A DNA stretch of 63,132 nucleotides from Spirochaetales bacterium (GCA_050872545.1 JBNMHA010000002.1:1-63132), one strand, 5' to 3'; positions 20,128 to 28,079 are shown, counted from the stretch's first letter. Notes: generated by a model from the letters alone, not told the origin. Translations and numbers: made by a program.

Positions 20128-22911
20128 ATGAAAAAAATTCTTCTTGTTGACGCATTTGGGCTGATATTTCGCTCTTACTATGCTTTTATTACCCGTCCTT
20201 TAACAAACAAATCAGGACAAAATATTTCGGCAGTTCACGGTTTTTTTAATGCACTTTTTTCACTGTTAAAAAAAGAAAAACCTGACTTTGTGCTGATTGC
20301 ACTGGAAGGCAAAGGCAAATGTTTTCGTTATGAAATGTATCCGGAATACAAAGCAAACCGACAGGATACTCCGGAAGACTTAAAGGAACAAATTGTTAAA
20401 ATTGCAGATTTAATAAATAAAATGGAAATACCATGCTTTTCACAAGAAGGTTTTGAAGCAGATGATGTAATCGGTACATTAGCGGAAGTTTACGGTAAAA
20501 ATGAAAACTATGAAGTATGGATCTTTTCATCGGATAAAGATTTGCGCCAACTGGTAAAAAATAACGTAAAACTTTGCCGCCCAGACCCGAGAACCGGAGA
20601 GTATCTTCTATACGAAAGAGATGAAATTTTTGCAGATATGGGAGTTTATCCGGAACAAGTTGCGGATTTTCTTGCAATTACAGGCGATAAGTCAGACAAC
20701 ATTCCCGGAATAAAAGGTTTGGGAGAAAAAGGAGCCGCAGCATTGCTCGGCAAATGGCAATCATTGGAAAACATTTACGAACATTTGTCAGAAATAACAC
20801 CGCCGGGCACACAGAAAAAATTATCAACAGATAAAGAAAACGCATTGCTAAGTCAAAAACTTGCGACAATCCGCACAGATGTACCCTTGCAACTGGATGA
20901 AAACTCATTGTGTTCACGTCCGATAAATCTGGAAGCTGTACTTTCCGATTTAGAAAAGGACAGCCTGAAAACCGTTATTTCACAAATTAAAACCTACAAT
21001 AAAGAACGCTTTCAGATTACCTTCTCACAGGAGGATTTTAAAGAAGCCGAAAAAGACAAAATAGAAATAAAAAAGACAGAACTTAACACCGAAAATTTTC
21101 ATCTCGTTTCGACATTACCCGAACTGGAAAAACTTACAGATAAAATTCACAATGCAAAAAAATTTGCTTACGATTTGGAAACTACAAGCTTTGATTTTAA
21201 TAACGGTCAGTTAATATGCATGAGCATTGCTATTCCGAGGAAAGACAATGAACCTGAAACTTTCGTTATTCCGTTCAGTCTGTCACTTTCCCAACTTGCA
21301 GAAGCGAAACTTTCTCATCTGCCCGAAGAAACTGAAATAATTAAGATATTGACTCCGCTTTTTACAGACAAATCTATTTTGAAAATAGGTCACAATATAA
21401 AATTTGATAATAAATTTTTGTACCGATTCGGCATTAATGAAATTACGCCGCTTTTTGATACAATGTTGGCAGAATATTGTCTGGACTGCGCCTCCCCTAC
21501 ACTTGCACTTAAAGATATGGCAGAACATTACTTCAACGTAAAAGTTATTCATTACGAAGATGTTGTTGCAAAAAAACAAACGCTGCATGACGCACCTTTT
21601 GACAAACTTTTCGTTTACTCAGGTCAAGATGCACATTTGACATTAAAACTTTATCAGCTACTTGATGATAAAATTTCACAGGACTCACAACGAATTCACC
21701 TTTTTTATGATATTGAAATGCCGCTGGTACAAGTGCTTTCCGATATGGAAATTACCGGGATTTGCGTTAATGCCGATCACTTGCATAAACTTGCAGATAA
21801 AATGGACAATGAAATTGCTGTTTTGCGTGAAAAAATGTTCAACATTGCAGGCTATGAGTTTAATCCTAATTCACCGTTGCAGTTACGCAAATTGCTTTTT
21901 GAAGATTTAGGATTACAACCGGACAAAAAGACTAAATCCGGAGCTTCCACAGATGTCGAAGTATTGAAGAAGTTAAGCTTTTTTCATCCGCTGCCCGAAC
22001 TTCTGCTGGAATATCGAACATACAGTAAAATAAAATCAACATACACAGAAAACCTTGTCGATATGATAAATCCCCAAACAGGCAGAATCCACACAACTTA
22101 CTTCCAAACCGGCACACAAACCGGACGGCTTTCAAGCAAGGATCCGAATTTGCAGAATATTCCAATCCGCAGTTCCGTTGGTCGTGAAATCAGACGTGCA
22201 TTTATTCCGAGAGAAAACTGGAAACTTATGAGTGCCGATTATTCGCAAATTGAAATTTTCTTATTGGCAGAATTTTCCGATGACCTGATTCTGCAAAACG
22301 CAATAATGAACGGTGAAGATATTCATGCCGGAACTGCAGCAATATTGTTTGACAAACAGCCCGCCGATATTTCCAAAGAAGAACGAATGATTGCCAAAAC
22401 CGTTAATTTCGGAATTTTATACGGACAATCCGCATTTGGACTGGCAAATGAATTAAAAATTTCCAGAGTGCGAGCTGCTTCATTTATAGATAAATATTTT
22501 GAAAACTATAGCGGCGTGAAGTGCTACATAGAAAAGCTTAAAGATTTATGCCGCAAAAATGGATATTCATCAACTCATTGGGGAAGACACCGAACAATCC
22601 GTGAAATAAATGAGAAAAATAAAAACATTCGTGAAAACGGTGAACGTATGGCGGTAAATTCAGTAATACAAGGAACCGCAGCCGATTTAATAAAGCAGGC
22701 GATGATTCGTGCCACAGCCGAAATAAAAAAGCAAAATTTGAAATCAAAATTACTGCTGCAAGTTCATGATGAATTAATTTTTGAAGTACCGCCGGAGGAA
22801 CTTGAAACAATGGAAAATATTGTTCGCACTGCAATGGAATGCGGCTACGGTTTTAAGCTGCCGCTAAAATCAAGTATTGAAACCGGCAGCACTTGGGGTG
22901 AAATGCATTAA
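20128..22911 (+). CDS. polA: DNA polymerase I
   Basis: 5' nuclease domain, 3'-5' exo motif FAYDLETT, and pol motifs DYSQIE and QVHDEL. Start MKKILLVDAF. Confidence 0.96.
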   Translation: MKKILLVDAFGLIFRSYYAFITRPLTNKSGQNISAVHGFFNALFSLLKKEKPDFVLIALEGKGKCFRYEMYPEYKANRQDTPEDLKEQIVKIADLINKMEIPCFSQEGFEADDVIGTLAEVYGKNENYEVWIFSSDKDLRQLVKNNVKLCRPDPRTGEYLLYERDEIFADMGVYPEQVADFLAITGDKSDNIPGIKGLGEKGAAALLGKWQSLENIYEHLSEITPPGTQKKLSTDKENALLSQKLATIRTDVPLQLDENSLCSRPINLEAVLSDLEKDSLKTVISQIKTYNKERFQITFSQEDFKEAEKDKIEIKKTELNTENFHLVSTLPELEKLTDKIHNAKKFAYDLETTSFDFNNGQLICMSIAIPRKDNEPETFVIPFSLSLSQLAEAKLSHLPEETEIIKILTPLFTDKSILKIGHNIKFDNKFLYRFGINEITPLFDTMLAEYCLDCASPTLALKDMAEHYFNVKVIHYEDVVAKKQTLHDAPFDKLFVYSGQDAHLTLKLYQLLDDKISQDSQRIHLFYDIEMPLVQVLSDMEITGICVNADHLHKLADKMDNEIAVLREKMFNIAGYEFNPNSPLQLRKLLFEDLGLQPDKKTKSGASTDVEVLKKLSFFHPLPELLLEYRTYSKIKSTYTENLVDMINPQTGRIHTTYFQTGTQTGRLSSKDPNLQNIPIRSSVGREIRRAFIPRENWKLMSADYSQIEIFLLAEFSDDLILQNAIMNGEDIHAGTAAILFDKQPADISKEERMIAKTVNFGILYGQSAFGLANELKISRVRAASFIDKYFENYSGVKCYIEKLKDLCRKNGYSSTHWGRHRTIREINEKNKNIRENGERMAVNSVIQGTAADLIKQAMIRATAEIKKQNLKSKLLLQVHDELIFEVPPEELETMENIVRTAMECGYGFKLPLKSSIETGSTWGEMH

Positions 22912-22923
22912 AAAGAGAACTAT

Positions 22924-22943
22924 AATGTTTCACGTGAAACATT
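22924..22943. repeat. Perfect 20-bp palindrome aatgtttcacgtgaaacatt (copy 2)
   Basis: Lies 13 nt after the polA stop and 46 nt before the HipA-like ATG. Confidence 0.95.
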
Positions 22944-22989
22944 TACTTTTGAGAATGATTAGAATTAATATAAACATGTGAGGTTTTAT

Positions 22990-24177
22990 ATGACTTATTT
23001 TCTCTGCCACAAAAATATTCCTGTTCTTATCTTTGAAACTGAAGATGATGAAATCTCCAAAGTTTGTGAAATATTGAACGAAGAACATCTTCCTATAGGC
23101 GTTTTTCGTGATTATGAAAGAGGAATATCACAAAGACAACAATTTCGTGAATGGTGGCGAAGTCGCTCTATTCCAGCAAGCCGTCAGAATTTACGAGACG
23201 CATTGGAATTACTTGGAAACATTACAATTGAACGTCTTGTGACAAAATCTTACGGATTAAGTCTTTCCGACCATTATTGGGCAAAACCGGTTCAAAGTGA
23301 TTTACAATGGGAAAACATAAATTTTTTCGAGAATGATTTTTCGGAAGATGTAGGAAAAGCATTGTTTGGAACTCTTGAAGTGCAGGATTTATCAAGTATA
23401 AGTTTACTTTCTCCGGATAATACATCAGACGGATGGCTAAAGAAAAAATGGATTATAGACAACGGAGAACGAATTCTACTAAAAGGAGGAAGCGGCGAAG
23501 GTCAACAAGAACCGTTCAATGAAGTTCTTGCTTCGGAAATATGCAAAAGACTTGGAATTCCATACGTAGAATATTCTATTGTTGAAAATGAAGGACATTA
23601 TTTTTCAGCTTGTAAGGATTTTATCTCACCACAAACAGAACTTGTAAGTGCTTGGCATATAAGAAATATCAAGCCCAAAACAAACAATGAATCGGAATAT
23701 ACACATTTGATAAGTTGCTGCAAAGAGTTAGGAATGAATAATATTAATGAAATTGAAAAACAAATCTGCAATATGATTGTACTGGATAGCATTGTGGCAA
23801 ACGAAGACAGGCATTTCAATAATTTTGGTTTTATCAGAAATCCGGCAACACTTGAGTGGTTAGGACTTGCACCTATCTTTGATACAGGAACATCCATGTT
23901 TCATGATGTGTCTCTCCACGACTTAAAATATGGATTTGTATATGTTTCTTACAGAAGCAAAGCAAAACCATTTGCAAAAACTCATTATGAACAATTAAAA
24001 AAACTCAATTGTTCGAAATTTTGTGCAAAACTTCCTTTTGAAAATCTTTCAGACATAGATAGTTTTTTTGAATCTATTCTTGAACAAAACAGGCATTTAC
24101 ATGAAAAAAAAAGTTACCTTTGCAATATTCTAAAAAGCAGAGTCAGCGAAACAGAAAAACTCGTTCGACAACAATAG
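22990..24177 (+). CDS. Solitary HipA-like Ser/Thr kinase domain protein
   Basis: IVANEDRHFNNFGF (catalytic loop) and APIFDTGTSMF (DFG-like) motifs. No adjacent HipB/HTH gene. Confidence 0.7.
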   Translation: MTYFLCHKNIPVLIFETEDDEISKVCEILNEEHLPIGVFRDYERGISQRQQFREWWRSRSIPASRQNLRDALELLGNITIERLVTKSYGLSLSDHYWAKPVQSDLQWENINFFENDFSEDVGKALFGTLEVQDLSSISLLSPDNTSDGWLKKKWIIDNGERILLKGGSGEGQQEPFNEVLASEICKRLGIPYVEYSIVENEGHYFSACKDFISPQTELVSAWHIRNIKPKTNNESEYTHLISCCKELGMNNINEIEKQICNMIVLDSIVANEDRHFNNFGFIRNPATLEWLGLAPIFDTGTSMFHDVSLHDLKYGFVYVSYRSKAKPFAKTHYEQLKKLNCSKFCAKLPFENLSDIDSFFESILEQNRHLHEKKSYLCNILKSRVSETEKLVRQQ

Positions 24178-24230
24178 AACGATAAACCGAGACAGAATTT
24201 TTACTCAATAATTTCTTGCGTTTGCTAATT

Positions 24231-24335
24231 TGTCATTCTCGCACTTGATGTGGGAATCTCTTTTTAACATTTACAGGAGATTGTCAACCGAGTTTGCTTT
24301 GCAAACGTCGTGGATCAAGTCCGGCAATGACAAGG
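24231..24335 (+). repeat. Two-hairpin repeat module, left copy (carries a 26-nt internal insertion)
   Basis: Aligns with 25597-25675: tgtcattcYcg...gggaatct then aggagattgtc...gatcaagtccgRcaatgacaa. Confidence 0.8.
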
Positions 24336-24395
24336 GAAATAAAAACCAAAAGGCAGGAAACTGCCGAGAATGACACGGCAATCAGCGTAATGTTC

Positions 24396-25172
24396 CTAAA
24401 GCTTTTCTATTTCCTCAACCGACAGTCCGGTAAAATGCGCAATCATGGCAACCGGCATATTTTCAGACTTCATACTTTTTGCAGTTTCAATAGCTTTTTG
24501 ATATGCTCCTTGAGTAATTCCAAGCGAAATACCGCGTTTTTCACCAATTGCGATTCCTTGTTCTTCGCCGGCAGCAAAGCCGATGTTGTAAGTCTCTTGT
24601 TTTAACATTTGCAGTGTCATATATTCAGCCCTCCATTCTTCATTGCCATGCACTCGGTACAGTTCCTTGCAGATTTTATCCGTCAGCGATGTTTCGCTTT
24701 TGCCTGTCGAGATAAATTCTAACAATTTCCGAATCTTTTCATCATTCACTTTTTCAAACGCAGTAACATTGTAGGCAATTTTGCAGCATTTGTCATCAAG
24801 TTTCAAGTCGGGCAGCTCATCGCAGCTGTTTGAAAAAGTGTACTGTGGCAAGCCCTTGTAAAATGGGTCAAACGTACAAATGAAAATGATATTTGATTCT
24901 TTCAAGTCATTGAAATCTGCGCCTTTTTCCAACAGTTCGGCATCAATCATGCATTGATAGTAGCGCATTCGGCAACCTAAATTTTTCTTATTGGTAGTTT
25001 GCATCTCTAGGTCAAAAACCCGGTCGCTGTCAGCAACATACACATCAAGCCGAATGCCGCGTTTGTCCGGTTCTAATTTCAGCTCTTTCTCAAACGACTT
25101 ATAAACTAATTTGCCGACTTTGATATGCAAAAGTGTTTCAATAACCTCGCGACATATTTCCTCATTTTGCAT
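24396..25172 (-). CDS. Rpn-family (YhgA-like, PD-(D/E)XK) recombination-promoting nuclease / putative transposase, 5' end frameshifted
   Basis: LDVYVADSDRVFDLEMQ nuclease core and a typical C-terminal repeat-helix region. The conserved N-terminal peptide TEDIKFTNNFAFCKV lies upstream in frame but has no ATG. Confidence 0.75.
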   Translation of the reverse strand: MQNEEICREVIETLLHIKVGKLVYKSFEKELKLEPDKRGIRLDVYVADSDRVFDLEMQTTNKKNLGCRMRYYQCMIDAELLEKGADFNDLKESNIIFICTFDPFYKGLPQYTFSNSCDELPDLKLDDKCCKIAYNVTAFEKVNDEKIRKLLEFISTGKSETSLTDKICKELYRVHGNEEWRAEYMTLQMLKQETYNIGFAAGEEQGIAIGEKRGISLGITQGAYQKAIETAKSMKSENMPVAMIAHFTGLSVEEIEKL

Positions 25173-25243
25173 AACTTTGCAAAAAGCGAAATTGTTTGTG
25201 AACTTAATATCTTCCGTATTTTTCCAAGTAGTCCATTTACTTT

Positions 25244-25350
25244 CCCTTGTTTATAGATTAAGAAACAATTTTTTTTAATCACTTCTATATACATATAATG
25301 CGAAAAAGTATCAAAAGTGCTTACAAGATTCGGAAAAAAAATGAAGATTT
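25244..25350. repeat. Rpn promoter/5' UTR module (copy 2 of 21-130)
   Basis: The 59-bp core 25282-25340 matches 58-116 with one mismatch. Confidence 0.8.
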
Positions 25351-25596
25351 TTGTGATTTGGAGTTGAAAATTGGTTTATATTCTATTTTAGTATTAAGTC
25401 TTGTTCCTTGCAGTAATTTTGGAATTACTTTGCATTCGCTACCAAATTTTACTCACGCAAAATTCTATCGCTCATGCAAACGGCTATTGTTTTCGCCTGC
25501 TTTCGCAGGCTGCAAGCCGAAGCCCCAGGTTTTTATTCTATTTTAGCATTATGATCTGTCTCCTGTGTTTCTTGTTATTCACTTGCTTGTTTTCAA

Positions 25597-25675
25597 TGTC
25601 ATTCCCGTGCTTGACACGGGAATCTGCAATAAGGTTTTATAGGAGATTGTCGGATCAAGTCCGACAATGACAAAG
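25597..25675 (+). repeat. Two-hairpin repeat module, right copy
   Basis: Perfect hairpins attcccgtg-cttga-cacgggaat and ttgtcgga-tcaag-tccgacaa. Confidence 0.8.
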
Positions 25676-25923
25676 AAGATAAAAAAACAAAGATGACAAA
25701 TTGTTACTTCGGCAAGCTTTGACCGGTATTTAATTGCATTAAATACTTCATTCGTTTGCTTCGCAAACTCATCGTTGCTCTGGAACTGCAAGATAATACG
25801 GTTAAAGTACCGTTGCACATTGTGCAGCTTGTCTGCGAATAACGTTATAAACCAGCTTGCTCAACTAAATGCCTCTTGTAAATAGTTATCATCCAAACAT
25901 GATATAAAATCTAATTTTTCTTA

Positions 25924-25952
25924 TTGACAAAAAAAGAATAAAAGAGTAAATA
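25924..25952 (+). promoter_or_regulatory. Sigma70-like promoter for the tRNA cluster
   Basis: TTGACA, 17 nt, TAAATA, ending 17 nt before the first tRNA. Confidence 0.4.
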
Positions 25953-25968
25953 ATCATCATTACCTATT

Positions 25969-26055
25969 GGAGAGCTGTCTGAGTGGTTGAAAGAGGCGGT
26001 CTTGAAAACCGTTGTAGTCGCGAGGCTACCTGGGGTTCGAATCCCTAGCTCTCCG
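25969..26055 (+). tRNA. tRNA-Ser (anticodon TGA), long variable arm
   Basis: Folded by eye: acceptor ggagagc/gctctcc, anticodon loop cttgaaa, T-loop ggttcgaatcc. No encoded CCA. Confidence 0.85.
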
Positions 26056-26070
26056 TTTTTTATTTTTACA

Positions 26071-26159
26071 GGAGAGGTGCGAGAGTGGTCGAATCGGGCT
26101 CCCTGCTAAGGAGTTGATCGGTTTACCCCGATCCAAGGGTTCGAATCCCTTCCTCTCCG
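26071..26159 (+). tRNA. tRNA-Ser (anticodon GCT)
   Basis: Acceptor ggagagg/cctctcc, anticodon loop ctgctaa, long variable arm. Confidence 0.85.
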
Positions 26160-26167
26160 AATCCACT

Positions 26168-26254
26168 GGAAAGTTGTCAGAGTGGTCGAATGTGCACGCT
26201 TGGAAAGCGTGTATACGTTAGCGCGTATCGGGGGTTCGAATCCCCCACTTTCCG
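26168..26254 (+). tRNA. tRNA-Ser (anticodon GGA)
   Basis: Acceptor ggaaagt/actttcc, anticodon loop ttggaaa, long variable arm. Confidence 0.85.
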
Positions 26255-26260
26255 AAGATC

Positions 26261-26334
26261 GAGCCAGTAGCTCAGTTGGATAGAGTTTTAGATTGCGGAT
26301 CTGAAGGTCGGAGGTTCGAATCCTCTCTGGCTCA
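26261..26334 (+). tRNA. tRNA-Arg (anticodon reads GCG when folded by eye)
   Basis: Acceptor gagccag/ctggctc, anticodon stem ttaga/tctga, loop ttgcgga. Confidence 0.75.
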
Positions 26335-26420
26335 TTTTTATGGGGAAATGCGAGAATGGTTAATCGGTCATTACATGACATATCTAAGATATAGCAGGTT
26401 CAATTCCTCATTCCTCAAAT

Positions 26421-26537
26421 GCCCCTTTTAGTTCAAGACTCTATGCGATAACAATGAAACTAACCCCGCCAGGATCGGAAGATAGCAACGGTACCTTTCA
26501 AAATTATGCGTGTAATCGGTTTTGGATGTAAAGGGGC
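26421..26537 (+). ncRNA. ffs: Small (4.5S-type) SRP RNA
   Basis: The 5' gcccctttt pairs with the 3' aaaggggc. The apical ccaggatcggaagatagcaacgg resembles the conserved helix 8 with a GGAA tetraloop. A T-run follows, and the position upstream of dnaX-ybaB-recR is the classic one. Confidence 0.6.
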
Positions 26538-26579
26538 TTTTTATTACCCAGAATAATAAAAATATAGACAGGGCAAAAA

Positions 26580-28067
26580 ATGGCACATACCGCAACAGCT
26601 ACTGAGTATAGACCACAAAGTTTTTCTTCTCTTGTCGGACAAGATTTCGTTTCCACTGCAATAAAAAATTCTCTTAATTCACAAAAAATAGCAAATGCTT
26701 TTTTACTCAGCGGTCCGCGCGGTGTCGGTAAAACAACAACTGCACGATTGATTGCAAAGGGATTAAACTGTATTCATGGACCTACCGGAGATCCATGCAA
26801 CAAATGTCCACAGTGTATCAGTATAAAGGAAGGAAACAACAGTGATGTTATAGAAATTGATGGTGCATCCAATACAAGTATCAATAACATCAAAACAATT
26901 CAGGAAGAAATTCAGTATTTGCCTGCTGCAGCAAAGTATAAGATTTACATTATAGATGAAGTTCACATGCTTTCAAAAAGTGCATTTAATGCATTATTGA
27001 AAACTATCGAAGAACCACCGGAACATGTAGTTTTCATATTTGCAACTACAGAATTAAATGAAGTTCCGGCAACTATAAAATCACGCTGCCAGCAGTTTAA
27101 TCTACGCTTAATTCCAAGCAACATTATTGAAAATAATATAAAAAAGATTCTAACCGATAAAAGTATTTCATTTGATGAAGAAGGAATTAAATGGATTGCA
27201 AAGGAAGGAAAAGGTTCACTGCGTGATGCTTACACATTACTGGATCAGATAATTTCTTTCTGCGGAAATGAAATTACATTAAATAAGATTCAATCTAAGC
27301 TCGGACTTGCCGGTAAAGAACAAATATCGCAACTGATAACCTGTATTTTAAACGAACAAATTATGGATATTCACCTGAAACTAGAAACATTACTAAGTTC
27401 AGGATGCAGAATAGAGCAAATTTTAAGTGACATAATTTCTTTTTTCAGAGATATACTTTTATTGAAATCACAAACATCTTCTGATGATATAAAAAATAAT
27501 TCATCATACTATTCGCCTGAAATATTGGAAAAATTATCAATCTATGACGTTGAAAATATTTTAGATTTATCATTCGGCTTTTATGAGAAATTAAAATATT
27601 CAATCAATCAAGAAATGGAATTGGAGTTCTTTTTAATCAAATTATCAAGATACAAAGACTTTATTCGTCCGGAAGCATTACTGAAGCAAATAAGAACTCT
27701 GCAAACTTCATTTATTGAAAAAAAAAAATTAACTGAAATTCCAAAACCAGAAATTAATGCAAAAGTAACTTATAAAAGCAGTATTACCACAGAACCTAAA
27801 GAAGTAAAACCTGCAGTACAACCAATTCCCGAAAAAATGGAAACTCAAAAAAAAGAACAATTAATTCCGACTAAAGAAAGCACTGATTCTGAAATAAAAA
27901 ATATCGCTTCTCAGCAAAATACAGATATAAAAAAAGAAGTTGATATTTCGCATTCTTTAACCATTGAAAAAAACGATAAAAATGATGAAGTAAAAAAAAC
28001 TCCATCTGATTATGATATAAACAAGAAAAATCTAAAACAAATTTTTTCATGTACCGAATACAGATAA
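26580..28067 (+). CDS. dnaX: DNA polymerase III subunit tau/gamma
   Basis: 495 aa. GPRGVGKTT Walker A, Zn module CNKCPQC, clamp-loader domains. Confidence 0.93.
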   Translation: MAHTATATEYRPQSFSSLVGQDFVSTAIKNSLNSQKIANAFLLSGPRGVGKTTTARLIAKGLNCIHGPTGDPCNKCPQCISIKEGNNSDVIEIDGASNTSINNIKTIQEEIQYLPAAAKYKIYIIDEVHMLSKSAFNALLKTIEEPPEHVVFIFATTELNEVPATIKSRCQQFNLRLIPSNIIENNIKKILTDKSISFDEEGIKWIAKEGKGSLRDAYTLLDQIISFCGNEITLNKIQSKLGLAGKEQISQLITCILNEQIMDIHLKLETLLSSGCRIEQILSDIISFFRDILLLKSQTSSDDIKNNSSYYSPEILEKLSIYDVENILDLSFGFYEKLKYSINQEMELEFFLIKLSRYKDFIRPEALLKQIRTLQTSFIEKKKLTEIPKPEINAKVTYKSSITTEPKEVKPAVQPIPEKMETQKKEQLIPTKESTDSEIKNIASQQNTDIKKEVDISHSLTIEKNDKNDEVKKTPSDYDINKKNLKQIFSCTEYR

Positions 28068-28079
28068 AAGGAGAATAAA

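Noticed and set aside
24104-24112. A9 run in the HipA-like gene as a phase-variation switch
   Set aside because: Poly-A runs of 8-9 nt encoding Lys-Lys-Lys are common throughout this AT-rich window (carB, the response regulator, dnaX and others), so it is not distinctive on its own.
25298-25818. ORFs 25298-25546, 25401-25670 (+) and 25579-25818 (-)
   Set aside because: They overlap one another and cover hairpin repeats and the Rpn promoter module. They have low-complexity, Cys/Phe-rich translations and no RBS.
26106-26381. ORF 26106-26381 (-)
   Set aside because: It lies entirely antisense to three tRNA genes, so it is spurious.
26342-26417. tmRNA or tRNA-Sec at the tRNA-like relic
   Set aside because: It is only 76 nt, with no tag-ORF or pseudoknot region, no TCA anticodon loop and no 8/5 acceptor/T geometry.
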